Assembly: GCA_951804945.1 (NCBI GenBank) | Contig: OX638153.1 | Span: 4,092,001-4,156,000 of the forward strand | DNA length: 64,000 nucleotides | From: Podarcis cretensis | Lineage: Eukaryota | Direction of reading: 5' to 3' | Part shown: positions 1 to 13,119 of the stretch, in pieces | How positions within the stretch are numbered: the first letter of the stretch is position 1 | Layout of the letters: the number at the start of each line of letters is the position of its first letter | The notes under the pieces: generated by a model | What the model was told of the DNA's origin: nothing | The model's database searches: none | What the model saw: the letters and a program-made list of their open reading frames with translations, nothing else | Position numbers and translations under genes: made by a program

Positions 1-899
1 TTTTCAGAGAAGAAGAGATCTAAAAATATTTTAACTTATGCAGGATGTTTTTTATAAAAAAAAACACAAACCAAGATTAAAGTCTATAAACTACTCTCCT
101 TGAAAATCATATTTAATTATAGATTTCTAGTTTAATATCAAGAAAATCAAACAGTAGGATGAAACAATTTACAACTTTTGTACACTATGCTCCCATTTCA
201 CTTATGTCTTACATTTAAAACAATGGAAACTCAACAAGATTATATTACAAAGTGAAGAACGATAAATAATTCAAAGATTCCACTTGTAAACTGGTTACCA
301 CACAGGGTGCTAAGAATAGTTATTGGAAGAGTTTTTGAAGAAATAAACTGTGCTGGGAAAAATAAAGAATAAGGCAAGAGGAGCAACTGATTCTTCGAAT
401 AAGAAAGAAGCCGAAGCTGGAAGACGCCTTGGCTCAAAGACCACAAGAGAAGCTGACTGGACAACAGCTAGCGATTAAGAGATCAAACAAGACAGCTAAA
501 TCTTATAATTTATTGAAGCAAAGGCTTCAGACTTTGGCAATAAGCCACATCAATTGTTATTATCATGAAAACAAAAGAATATATTAATCCCTCCAATAGA
601 AAATCATGCCAACGTAGCAGAAAGCATTGTCAAAGAGTTTCTATCTCATTGCAGATATTTATTTATTTACTTATTAAATCACACACTTCTGACAATCCAA
701 ATATAGGAGCAATTGAGAGGCATTTCATTATCTATGCCTAAATTTGCTCATGGGGATATTTAAAACCCTAGATGAAATAAATTAAGTTTTAAAGGAGACA
801 AAAAATAAATAAATCTTCAGGCATACACATTAAATAATTGTAAGGTAGTACAGTATTGCCCTGATATTTCAGTTGAAGGGTTTGCCTAAGGCAAATTTG

Positions 900-1075
900 T
901 GGAAGAGGCCACAATCCAGGGTCTGGCTGCTTTGTACCACAGACTCAACGTTACTCTAGTGCACCAGATAGTATATATTCCAATGTTACAGAAAATACGC
1001 ACTGCAGTGAGGGGGGATAGAGCCTTCTCTGTGGTGTCCCCTATTGTGGAACGCCCTTTCCCCACAAGTATCACT
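900..1075 (+). mobile_element. L2-type LINE 3' fragment, running into an assembly gap
   Basis: gggatagagccttctctgtggtgtcccc...tgtggaacgccct resembles the squamate L2 ORF2 end (RAFSVVAPxLWNxLP). Confidence 0.5.
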
Positions 1076-1344
1076 NNNNNNNNNNNNNNNNNNNNNNNNN
1101 NNNNNNNNNNNNNNNNNNNNNNNNNNNNNNNNNNNNNNNNNNNNNNNNNNNNNNNNNNNNNNNNNNNNNNNNNNNNNNNNNNNNNNNNNNNNNNNNNNNN
1201 NNNNNNNNNNNNNNNNNNNNNNNNNNNNNNNNNNNNNNNNNNNNNNNNNNNNNNNNNNNNNNNNNNNNNNNNNNNNNNNNNNNNNNNNNNNNNNNNNNNN
1301 NNNNNNNNNNNNNNNNNNNNNNNNNNNNNNNNNNNNNNNNNNNN
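1076..1344. other. Assembly gap (269 N)
   Basis: Run of n. Confidence 1.
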
Positions 1345-2458
1345 GTTGTTGTTCAACCTGCTCTCTTGTTTTTAGCTGTATCTGTTACTTTTGAATGATG
1401 TGTTTCTTATTTTATTGTGCATTTCATAATTTATGTTCTTTTTGCCACCCTGGTACCCGTGCAGATGAACAGTTGGCCTATAAATATTTAAACCAATACA
1501 TCACTTCCTGCGATCCCCTAGACAGGCGTGCAGCCCTGGGGGTCATCACTGTTTGGTTGCTTTTCTTTGGGCTAGTCTGGTTCCTTCCAACTAGTTATTC
1601 CGGCCAATTGAACAGAAGCTGAAAGAAATACTGAGGCCCTAATGACCACTGTAAGTTTGATTTTACATGAACTGGCATCTTCTGAGAACGTGCCAAGGAT
1701 AACCCTTGCTGAAATGCTACAAAGTAAGGCAGAAACTTGCCTTTTGATACTGGTGCAATTTCCCTGGACTGCAAGCTGAGTAGATGCCAAAAATGTGATT
1801 GACAATCCCCCTGAATCATGAAAGGCAAACAAGCTTTATTTTGGTCTATGATTTCCAGGGGAAATTAATTGCATGGGCTCTCTACGGATGACCACACACA
1901 CACAATTCTGCACCAAGCTAACATCAGTTTTGCAGTATTTTTTAACAGCCATGTGGAACATTAGCAAACTGAATGGCGAGCCTGTTCCTCTCTTCCAGGA
2001 GTGGACACTATGGTGGTGCAACACCTGACCTCCCTGCAGCTGGAGAAAGCCTCTGATATGAAGAAGGGGCACTTTCATCCGCCTTCCTCTTTGCATTCTG
2101 CCACTGCCAAAAGTCGAGCCGGCAGATCTGCGTCCGCACTGAATCATTGCTCCTCTCCAAAAGGGGAGGACTCACCTTGACTTCTCCACTCCCTTAGCCA
2201 TCCCTGTGAGTTTGATGCACATCACTATACCTCTGTGCCAACCCTGACAGCTATCTCCCTATCAATGCGATTTCATTGTAGCCTAGTTCATGAATTCACC
2301 TGCATTTCACCATTTCATCAAGTTGGGGAATTCATAAGGGTTTGGTTACTGACTCTGCTGAAAGCTGCTGTATCTCTTGGGCAATCTCTGATTTGCCACC
2401 CACTGTTGGGAGCGAGTCAGCAGTAAATCACACTGCGCAAGTTGGAGTTAACTCTTTG

Positions 2459-2687
2459 CAGTGGTACCTCTGGTTGCAAATGGGATCTGTTCCGGAGGCC
2501 CGTTCGCAACATGAAAAGCCCACAACCTGAAACGTCATATCAGTGTAGATGTGCAGCATGATTTGGCGCTTCTGTGCATGCGCGAGTGGCGAAACCCGGA
2601 AGTAACCCTTTCCAGTACTTCCTGGTCGCCGCGGGACACAACCTGAAAAAATGTAACATGAAGCTAACGTAACATGAGGTATGACTG
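2459..2687. mobile_element. Tc1/mariner-pogo type MITE
   Basis: Termini cagtggtacctc / gaggtatgactg with TA on the right flank. Same TIR family as 14052, 43285 and 54016. Confidence 0.75.
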
Positions 2688-2762
2688 TATTAGCAAAAAC
2701 ACTCACTAAGCCCTGTTCCCCCTTCAGCTTCCAACACCTCCGCTTCTTAGTGTCCCAGGACC

Positions 2763-3305
2763 CAGGGCCAGATTTAGATGAAGAGAGGCCCTAGGCTACT
2801 CCACTTGTGAGGTCCCCCCAACCCCCCACCCTCACGACTAGAAGAAAATGGAAGAGTGTTATCAACAAAATTGAATGGAGATGGGTATTTAAAATTCTGC
2901 AATTTACAATTTCTCCTCTAAAGGACATCAGAAAACTTCATCAAAATTTGTTTACAAACTTGCACAAGAACTCAATAACAGGTCTGATTTCTGAAGGGCT
3001 TTGCTGACCTTGTGAAAATGACCTAGCACACGGATTTATATCTCTAAGATTCTGCAGATTTTGGCTGTGAACTAGGGCCCCACAAAAAAAATCCAAGTTG
3101 GGCCCTAGAGTTTCAAATTGGGCCCCACTGGCTGGCCCTGAGTCTCATAGTTGCTGGGTCTGAGTTGCCCTGCCCTCGCATGAAGTCTTGGGTTTGCAAT
3201 TTTGGGACAGGGGAGATTGCCCGCTGTTTAGGGCTGGGGAGCTGGGAAGGCCCCCTAGAGGCCCTAGGCTTTAGCCTACTTAGCCTATACATAAATCCGG
3301 CACTG
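2763..3305. mobile_element. hAT-type non-autonomous element
   Basis: TIRs cagggccagattta / taaatccggcactg; 8-bp TSD ccaggacc / ccagcacc (7/8). Confidence 0.75.
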
Positions 3306-4409
3306 CCAGCACCACTCCCCGGGCTCTAAGCCTTCTTTGATTGGTGGCTGCCTCTTTGGTTCCTCCCACCATTTGCCTGTGTCCAACCAGTCCATGACAC
3401 CCACTAAACGTTGTTAATGAACATAATGATGGTAAATAAATTAAAGCGGGGAAATCATCATATAATTTTCAGTCACAACACTGGACCAAATAAAGCATTA
3501 TCTTCCTCATCACCAGTAAAAAGTATTTGGGGGCAATGGGGTTATTTTATTGCTGTAAATACATTCCATTTATCTCCACTGTTGCTCCACCAACACCTGC
3601 AATTTATCACTTGTATTTCTCAGGTGCTTGACAGGTGGGAACAATTCATGAGGGAAATTTTAATGTGTCTCCTGCTGAAGATTTCACATTGTATGTGCAA
3701 ATCCTACTTGCCCTTCAGCCTGTCGGTCTGCTCTCCCATCCATAAGCAATTCTACAGCTCTCAAGAGCACCATCTAGAATTGTGCATGCATATAAATAAG
3801 TGGATAAGAAAAGCTGTACTCAGCAAATCCCTCAAGCCTGCATTATCTGTTAATTCTTGCTTTTCTCATTGGACAATACAAAAATGTAATTTAGGAGGTC
3901 CATTTATCTCTCCATTATAAAGGGAGTCTCAAGACATCAATCTGATGCCTTTTTGTTCCTGAGAATACGAGCGAGTAGTCATTGCGAGATGGAATAAAGA
4001 TGAGGCAACCAGGTGTCGAAGGCTGAATAAGTCATGTTGGCTGGGCGGGGGGAATTCAGAGAGGACCAACAAAATTATTTAAAGATGTGGAGGTGCTCAA
4101 TATGGTGGACTGGGTATGAGAGTCATTTCCAGAATTATCAATTAGCATTTAATGCACATAGCAGAAGGTCAAAAAAACATTTTTTTTCAGCTGACTGAAC
4201 ATGAAAACCATACACAAATATATATCCATACTGCGCAAAATTCCCAAATCTAGTGAATGTTAACATTTGCCTGTGAGCACCAAGAATCCCAAGCAAATAT
4301 TGTGAATGGCCAAGATCTCAGAGGTCCTCCTCTTTCCCTCTCTCCATAGGGATCCACTATGGATCTATGGGGTCTTCTGCTTTGTCCCATACTGTCAATA
4401 AGTGACCTC

Positions 4410-4880
4410 ACCAAATCCCAAGGCTTTCTAATACCATCTGTCCGCTCATGATGTATTCATCCCTTCATTTTTACTCCAGGACTTTTTCTCTCCCCTGATC
4501 CCACAACTCCCATTGCCAGCCTGATAGCCTGCTTAAATATTTCATTGACATTTCAAACTCAATATGCCCAATACCATACATTGTTCCTTCTCAATAATAT
4601 CCATTGACAAGGTTCATCCCACTGAATGAATGAAACATTGAAAGAATAGAGTTGGCATCATCTTTTACTCCTCTCTCTCCTTTGCTTTCCATAGGAGGAA
4701 CATCGCCTGGCTATTGTTTTCTTGATTTCTTGATTTAATATGCTGTAAACTGCTTTGAGGTTGTTATTAAAAATATAAAGTGGTATAGAAATTTTAAAAA
4801 TAAATAAATAAAAATATACATTCCATCACCAAGTCATGTCACTTCTTTTATAACATTGCAGATTTATGGCCTTGCCTTCT
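4410..4880 (+). mobile_element. Ancient, degraded L2 RT fragment
   Basis: taccatctgtccgctcatgat (YHLYADD-like) and ttcaaactcaatatgcccaatacc (LKLNMSKT-like) remnants. Confidence 0.4.
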
Positions 4881-7800
4881 CCCCAGAAGAATAAAGGGTC
4901 TACCCTACAGCACACACAAAAAGTGGCAGATTTCTCCCCCTCTTTTTTTTTTTTTTTGTTTGTTTACAGTCCTCCCCCTCACATTTTACCAGAAACCTCA
5001 TCCAAACATGTCTGGAGGACCACGGGGGTCTCTACACTTTAGTGTTACATCACTATTACATCAGTGCTTCCTGCAAAGAACTGAGTTATGGAAGGTGCCT
5101 GTAGCCTGAAATATTTAGGTTACAGCATTTACATGGTGCCTTTTGCATCTTGGCAGGCCCCACCATGACAAAATGTAAACTTAAAAACCATAGAATACAG
5201 AAACTGCACTTGAGGAGCAGTCCTAGGCATGTTTACTCAGAAATCCTTGTGTCCCCAGTAAATTTATTTAGGACTGTAGTCTAAAAAGCAGAGAACAATA
5301 TAAAAAGGTGGTGTTTAACTGTTTTATTCAGAGTAGACCTAACTTAGGTGTGTTCATTAATTTTAATGGGTCGAACTCTGAGTAAAGCATAATTGACTAC
5401 AACCCAAAGAAACCAGATAACACAGTAAGACCAGCAAGTGAAATCCAAATAAACAGCCAATGAAGGCAGCAAATATTAGGTGAGCAAATATTCAGGAAAC
5501 TATTATCACTCAAGATAACCCAGACTCCTGGAGTACTTAAGGGATGTCAACTCCATTTGAAACATTTACTTGGGTAAAGACTGATGTAACCATACAAACA
5601 AGATTTGCCTTTGAAGATAAGAAGTGGCTTTGGAAAAGTCACTGCCCCTCAGTTTAACATCCTATCTCCTAGGATTGTTGTGACATTAAGAAGGGTGGAG
5701 GAAATATAACAAATAAAGAATCTGCCCTATTAAACATATTTACTACTAGTTTCAAACCTTTCTTATCTTAGCTTCAACATAAAAAAAGTGTCTTGAATGC
5801 ACTTGTCTATAAAGCGGACCTGCAGGGAGATCTAGAACTGAAGCCAATACAGTTACATTAGTACAAAACTTATACAACAAGGTCCATGATGCAACAATTC
5901 TCTCTAGGAGGTTAAATCCAACACTTGCAGGTGGGACATCAGCAGGCTGGCGGAAATACTTAATTTCTAAATTAAGTATCAAGCCAGCTTAGAAGTTGTG
6001 TTCTCTTCCCCTATAGGCCTTTCCACTAAAGACCAACTCATGTGTTGCCATAGTAACATGGCAGCTGCCAAAAAATACTTCCACATTTTCATATCTCTGT
6101 ATTGCAGCAGTAGTGTATGGTAATCCTCAGGGTCAAACTAGATGCCATGTGAATATGCATTTCTTCTTTTTCCTTGGAAAATAAAAGCAACTAGGATCTG
6201 AACTGTGGTGTTCATCCTCTTCCCCAGCCACGGGCCCAGTTAAAATCTCCTCTTTGCTCCTGAAGTGTTGCTCCCTTTGAAAAAGAGGCTTCCATGGACA
6301 TCAATGGCAAGAGGGCAAAGAGCAGCTTCAAGGGGAGAGCCTTCACTGGGACCTTTCTTTTGGTGGGCAGAGATAACCCTTCAACTACACACCATGGTTC
6401 TGATCCTAATTGCCTCCTTGTTTTTAAAGCAGAAACAAAACACACTGAATGCATGCCCGCATATAGTATATAAGCTAGTTTGCCATCTAGAGCTGGAATT
6501 TAGAGAGAACCCCATGAATCCTCTAGCCCAGCCCCCTGTAATGCAGGAGTCACAGCTAAAGAATCTGAATGGTGTCCCTCAATTGCATGTAGTACTGGCT
6601 GGATCATAGGCTGTTCCCAAGTTTTCTCTCCATACAAGGAGCCCCCTGGAAGGCTGCACCACATGGAACCCTCAGCAGGTGGAAATGGCTTTTCAACTGT
6701 AGACATGACTCTGTCTATGGGATCAATCCCAGCCATTGTAATCACAATGGGGAAAGGGACTTAGCAGACTCTGTTGCAATAGATGGTTGGGTGCTTCCGT
6801 CAGACATGTTCTTTGCACATTAGAATATTATCGCGGGAGGGAGCTGGGAATCTGCAACTTTTGGGAAGAAGGTCTGCAACACTCAACAGCTGAGAAGACA
6901 GGCGTGTCTTTGTATTTATAAAACAGCTTTCTCATGGATTGCTGCTTTATTACACTTTGCACAAGGACATCTGCTGCTGTCAGCTGCGCTCACTCCCTCT
7001 GCAATAGCCTGTGCTGCTCTGGCAATCAGAGGCCGGCTATGTTAGGAAACTGGCCATAACAGCCCTTTTCTGAAAACTGAAGAATATCAGAGAGCACAAT
7101 GGATCTGGTTGCGGTATTATAAAGCATCTTTAAATTCTAGTAAATTTACCATCATTTAACCAGGACGGCTGCAGAGCAGAGAGCTGGGGAAAGTGACCTC
7201 TAATTCACATTTGCACACACTAACAAAAAGATTTTAAAGCATCTCCAAAATAGGAACAGTAGTTTACCAGAGGCAGGTACCAGGAAAAAATGGGAAGGAC
7301 AGTGATTGATGGAACATATGCTTTGCATGCAGAAGATCCCAGGTTCAGGACCGATAAAAGCCAAGTCTTTTCTTTTTTTAAGAGAGGAGAGGGTTTTTGG
7401 TAACATAGCTAAGGAAGGCCCATTTTGACCTCTCAGAGTAGACCAGGGGTGGAAACCCCATGGCCTTCGCCAGCCTGGTGATCTCCAGCACTTTTGAACA
7501 GCCAGCACAACCTGATGGTGGTGGTGGTGCTGATGGGAACTGTAGTCCAAAACCACAGGTGAGCACCGAGTTGTTCTAGCATATGTTTATTGGGCTGGAG
7601 CTTCCATCATTCCCATCCAGCATGACCACTGGACAGAGATGATGGAAGCTGCAGTCTAAACTCAGATTAAAGCCTGATGTTTGTGAAGAATTCTCCTTTA
7701 CATGTGACTGTGATAGACTGGCAGCAGAAGAGGCTCCACTCCAGGAAGGATTACACACCTTGTTTTTCATCTTGACACCAGCTCTGCCTCCCACCCTTTT

Positions 7801-8454
7801 AAGGATCTTGCCTTCCCCTTGGTTGATTAGGCATGCTCACTGTGAACGGCTTTCCCAGTTGGTTCCTTTATTAGTCTCAGCATGTCTGGATAACAGGAGC
7901 ACAGCGGGGAGCAAAGAAGCAGGCTTATAAGAGCTTAGCACCAGAGTCAGGCACCTTTTATAGCTCCAGAGCAAAACAAAACTGTTCTATAGTACCATCT
8001 AGTGACCAGAAAAGGTGCATATTGATAAGTCAGCTTTTAGACCGCATTGCCATTTCCTTTTGCACTAACATCATCATAGATGAAAACAACAAAGTTATAT
8101 CTACATTGCAAACCTCACATTGGTGCTATAAGAGTTTAACTGTGATGCTTTCCTCCAAAGAATACTGGGAACTTAATTTTGGTGGGAGTGCTGAGAAATC
8201 AGTATCTTGAGCTCATTTCGTGGTACTACTATTCCCATGCTCCCAAGTGAATGTGAAGTCTGTTATGTAAGATATGCCCAAAGATGCTTGTAGCACTTTA
8301 CATCCATTGTCACCCAAACTTCCTTCATGAGATGCACAGCTTTAAAAAGACTTTTGGCAGATTTTGCCCTTAGACAGATTGAATGGCATAGCGTTTTATG
8401 TGAGATCTCATGCAACTCTTGATAAACTTCAGGGTGCTTTGGAGATGGGCAGCC

Positions 8455-8647
8455 CACTAGCGGAGGAAGAGGGGTGCAGGGGGAGTGCACCACCCCCAGC
8501 AGCGCGATCCCGGTGGGGTGCCATCGCAGCTGCCCCCCTGCCCACGCTGGGCGTCACGCCCCCGGGACACGTGTTATGCCCCTGCAGGCAGCGTGCCACG
8601 CCCCCAGGACACACATCAGCCACACCCCCACCTGCTCTCCGCCACTG
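8455..8647. mobile_element. GC-rich hAT-type MITE
   Basis: Termini cactagcggag / ctccgccactg; degenerate 8-bp TSD gggcagcc / gggcaagc; paralogous copy at 11119-11298. Confidence 0.65.
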
Positions 8648-9050
8648 GGGCAAGCAGTGGGCCATGGCTTTCAAACCAATGTTATCTATTTCTATTCCAT
8701 GTATGTTTCCTGGAGCAGATGGGTCCTTGAGAGCCTCCACCCAGGCACTGACCCAACTCAGAATCTGTTTAGCTTCAGTAGGTTTGTTGGAGCCTTCAAG
8801 TGAGGCATTCTGATTTTTTTCTCTCCTCTGTACCCACAAATTTGAACATAAACCATTAGTTACTTTATCCATTGACTTCCTGACCTCCCCTTCCACATAT
8901 GAAAAAATGTTCCTTCTGTGAGTTTACACTTCCAATGCATACTTTACTTAGTTTTACATATTTTGGCTAACTTATTTGGCGTTTAAAAACCATCTATAAA
9001 TCATCTTCTTGTTTCCTCACTGTTGGGACCAGTGCTGCTACTTACTTATT

Positions 9051-9320
9051 GTAAAGGTAAAGGTAAAGGTAAAGGGACCCAGTCACGAGCACCTCTGGGG
9101 TTGCAGTGCTCATCTCACTTTACTGGCTGAGGGAGCCGGCGTTTGTCCGCAGACAGTTTTTCCGGGTCATGTGGCCAGCATGACTAAGCTAATTCTGGCG
9201 AACCAGAGCAGCGCACGGAAATGCTGTTTTCCTTCCCGTTGGAGTGGTACCTATTTACCTACTTGCACTTTGGCGTGCTTTCGAACTGCTAGGCTGGCGG
9301 GAGCAGGGACTGAGCAACAG
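9051..9320 (-). mobile_element. Sauria SINE (5'-truncated)
   Basis: (aaaggt)n tail on the plus strand; body is the reverse complement of the 9975-10324 copy. Confidence 0.9.
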
Positions 9321-9624
9321 GTCTACTTACTGTAGTATATGGTATTTAGGAGAGGAAAGTTAGCATTTTAACCATGTGGCAGGAAAATCCCTGGATCAAA
9401 TCTCACCTCAGCAGTGATCCCTTTAGCTCAGGAGTGGAGAACCCCTCTTTTCCTCCAGATGTTGCAGTTCTGTAACATCTGGAGGGTCCACAGTTTCCCC
9501 AATCTACTCTAGGTAAGCCACATTCTCTCAGACTCGAACCCCCCACCTCAACTACAATAGGTTGGCAATGCTTTGTTAGATGATTGTTTTAAGGATTATT
9601 GAGATTATATATGTCTTTGAACTA

Positions 9625-9880
9625 TGAGAGCCAGTGTGGTGTAGTGGTTAAGAGCGGTAGTCTCGTAATCTGGGGAACCGGGTTCGTGTCTCCGCTCCTC
9701 CACATGCAGCTGCTGGGTGACCTTGGGCCAGTCACACTTCTTTGAAGTCTCTCAGCCCCACTCACCTCACAGAGTGTTTGTTGTGGGGGAGGAAGGGAAA
9801 GGAGAATGTTAGCCGCTTTGAGACTCCTGAAGGGGAGTGAAAGGCGGGGTATCAAATCCAAACTCTTCTTCTTCTTCTTC
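9625..9880 (+). mobile_element. tRNA-derived SINE (Squam3-like) with (ttc)n tail
   Basis: A box tggtgtagtggtt, B box ggttcgtgtc, gtgaccttgggccagtcac core, (ctt)n tail. Confidence 0.8.
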
Positions 9881-9974
9881 TATACAACAGAATGAACATG
9901 AACATGCATTTTCAGACCAAAGAAAGATGTGTATTCCCAGGCACAATTTAGCCAGATACTAACTTTCTGTACAT

Positions 9975-10324
9975 GGGACGTGGGTGGCACTGTGGGTTAA
10001 ACCACAGAGCCTAGGGCTTGCCGATCAGAAGGTGGTTCGAATCCCCGCGACGGGGTGAGCTCCCGTTGCTCGGTCCCTGCTCCTGCCAACCTAGCAGTTC
10101 GAAAGCACGTCAAAGTTCAAGTAGATCAATAGGTATCGCTCCGGCGGGAAGGTAAATGGGGTTTTCCGTGCGCTGCTCTGGTTCGCCGGAAGCAGCTTAG
10201 TCATGCTGGCCACATGACCTGGAAGCTGTACACCGACTCCCTCGGCCAATAAAGCGAGATAAGCGCTGCAACCCCAGAGTCGGCCACGACTGGGCCTAAT
10301 GGTCAAGGGTCCCTTTACCTTTAC
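9975..10324 (+). mobile_element. Full-length Sauria SINE with TSD
   Basis: tRNA-like head gggacgtgggtggc...ggttcgaatccc and ccttta tail; TSD actaactttctgtaca at 9958-9973 and 10323-10338. Confidence 0.95.
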
Positions 10325-11118
10325 TAACTTTCTGTACAGTTCGGCTGTAGTTTTAAAATAACTTCTAAAACTCAGATCTTTAAGGAAAAGTTTATTGCAT
10401 ATTCCTCTGACACAGAAAAGTGTCACAGAATGGTGGGCTGAGTGTAACATTTTATGGGCAAGCAGGCCCAACACAACTCAGTCACACTCTCCCCCATAGA
10501 CAAATGTGCATAGAAACAAAGAAGTTCTTATGAAGGCATCGCTGAAGAGGCTTGGCTTTGGATTCTCAGCTGTCAAGGCACTGAGCAAAAGGAGATTATA
10601 GCCCTGTTCAGGCATTCAGTGTCATTGTGTGAGAATGGAGGGTGGAGATTTGGTTCAGTTTGCACCTTAAATTTGAATCTGAAATGATACGATAATTGAA
10701 ACACAGGGAAGTTTCAAAATTCACACTTCAATTTTGTGATGCAGCCCCCCCCCCAAAAAAAAAAATTGCAGATATTGGGGCAAGGGATGCATAATAGTGA
10801 ATATATTAGTGAAAACAACATACAAAAATGCATCCCATTAGGATAAATCGCTTGTAAAAATGTGTTGCATTAGTCAAAATTGCATACAAAAATGTGTTCA
10901 CCACAAGAAATTCACACAAAAATACATACTGGCCGATTTTGACACTGATTTCTTGTTTAAGAGAATTGCTGCCTAAACGTAGAGAACTGAATTCAAGATT
11001 GGAAAAATGATAAACGGAGAGAACCCAAACTGACAGGTCAATCCATCCCTAGCACTGCAGAGTTCTAACTGTGCAAGGATTTAACACCTACATGTAGCCA
11101 CATTAGCTTTGACACAAG

Positions 11119-11298
11119 CACTGGCGGAGGAAGAGAGGTGCAGGGGCAGCGCACCGCCCCTGGCAGCCTGATCCCAGTGCAGTGCCATCGCAGCTCCCCC
11201 CCCCACACGCGCTGGGCACCATGCCCCTGGGACATGCATTAGCCCCGTCTCCGCCTGCTCTCTGCCCCCCAGTGCCGGAGCATGAAGCTCCACTACTG
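11119..11298. mobile_element. GC-rich hAT-type MITE (same family as 8455)
   Basis: cactggcggagg...ccactactg; TSD gacacaag / gaggcaag (6/8). Confidence 0.65.
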
Positions 11299-11304
11299 GA
11301 GGCA

Positions 11305-11690
11305 AGGGGTCATCAGTATGCTGGGGTTATTCAAGTTAATTTCTCTGTAACATGTGAATCAGGGATGGCTGGGAAGGCCCTGAACGAAATGGTGGGCTGG
11401 ATGAGAACTAATAAACTCAGTCTAATTCCTGGCAAGATGGATGCTCCGAAGATGAGTGATTCCGGCAAGTCGGTTAGTTGCCAGCCCTGAATACAGCTGC
11501 ACTCTCCTTGCAGAGTTTGGGGTTGCTCCTAGGTCCAGCTCTGCCACCAGAGGCACAGGGGTCACAGGGGCTAGGAGTGCCTTTTACCAACCTTTATTGG
11601 TAAGACAGCTGCAGCTGTCACAGGATCAGCATAGCCTGACCACCCTCTCCATGCATTGGTAACCTCATGGTTGGAGTACTGCAATGCATG
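11305..11690 (+). mobile_element. Degraded L2 RT fragment
   Basis: HQYA(DD)-like and WMRTNKLSLIPGK (WMxxNKLKLNPxK) remnants in ORF 11182-11490. Confidence 0.65.
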
Positions 11691-12668
11691 CTCAGCAAGA
11701 ATAAATGTCTGTTGCCACTGAGCAGAAACATCAACTCCCTTTCCTTGACTGGCCAGCAGTGCCCTGCACCGACTGCTAACATTTTTGGCTCCTGCTTCTT
11801 ACAAGCAACCTCAAATCAAGATGTCACATGTAGTCTAAACTAATGTATTTTTAAACAAACGCCCTTGTGGCCTTGAAATATCAGCTGGCCAAATCCAATT
11901 TTGAGTTCATCATTATTCACAAGTGTCACTGAATAGAAGTGATTACTTATATTGCCAAGTATGTCCTTGCAGATAGGCAAGTAGATTTCATCCGAAGAGC
12001 ATCAAATATGCTATTGTTGAATGTTTAGAGCAGCTGAAAGGTCTTCTGCTTGATGCATATTGGAAAAATATCAGGTCTCTCTGATGCAATCCTGAGAACA
12101 AAGCACATTTTCCTGACTGCAAAATTTCCTTAGGCTTAAAGTGTTTCAATTCCATATTTTTATTATTAAAGTTAGAATAAATTAATCAAACATATTAAAA
12201 TGCCCTTGTTGCATTCACTGCTGCTTCTCAAAAAGAGAAAATCTGTCAACAGTACATTTCATACAGTTCAGCTTAATTTTTGTCATAATGTTTAGGGGTG
12301 ATCACTGCCTTTTGTTGTTGTTTTCCCCCAAATTTTTGCTTTTGCTGAAGTATTTTTAGTAGCTTGATGTGTGCTAGATTTAGTGAACAAACTTGCCAGG
12401 GCGCTCTGTTCTTTTCCCAGCTGCAGTCAAGCAAAACCTGTTGCACCGTCTGTTCAGTGTGAAATGGAAGACATCAGTCAGAGCTGGAGTCTAAACTCCT
12501 TGTGTGCTGGTTGCCTGGTCTGTTCTTTTCTTAATTTTAGCAATCTTGGAAGAAAAGTAGGAGTCAAGAGATTTATCAAAATACACATACCTCAGCAATC
12601 TCATTAGAAATGACAGTAAACAAAAGCAGGCAGCCTAATTCCTTTTGGTAGATCTTTTTAAAAACATT

Positions 12669-12669
<1 letters not shown>

Positions 12670-12710
<41 letters not shown>
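12670..12710. repeat. (GTT)n microsatellite
   Basis: Direct observation. Confidence 0.95.
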
Positions 12711-12712
<2 letters not shown>

Positions 12713-13056
12713 AGCCTTATTGGAGTTCACTGATTGGGTCTGTGTTGCTCTCGGACGGGAGGAAGTCAAATGACGCCGAGGTTGGTTCAAAGAAAGAGTT
12801 TATTCTGCTCTTCGGATAGCAGAAGGCACTTGTGTGGTGAGTCCACAGCAAGTCCAAAGAAATGAGACATTTCATGCAGTATATATATCCTCCAGGGACC
12901 CTCTCCCCCCTTCCCCAGGAATCCAACCACGTCAGCCTATACATGCAGGTTGACATCACAGATGTTCCTGCTCCGGCACTCTTAACCATAAAAGGGATTT
13001 CCTTCCTGCACTCCTGACCATAAAAGGATATTCCTGCTCAGAAACCCATTCCTTCA
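12710..13056 (-). mobile_element. Solo LTR (ERV-like) between two microsatellites
   Basis: Minus strand reads TGAAGG...GCTACA; TATA at ~12880-12888 followed by AATAAA at ~12799-12804; flanks ttgt/ttat are a possible 4-bp TSD. Confidence 0.55.
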
Positions 13057-13076
13057 TTATTATTCCTTCTTCTTCA

Positions 13077-13078
<2 letters not shown>

Positions 13079-13118
<40 letters not shown>
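13079..13118. repeat. (TTA)n microsatellite
   Basis: Direct observation. Confidence 0.95.

Positions 13119-13119
<1 letters not shown>

Noticed and set aside
886-1394. ORFs with long X runs (also 38515-38912)
   Set aside because: Artefacts of N gaps.
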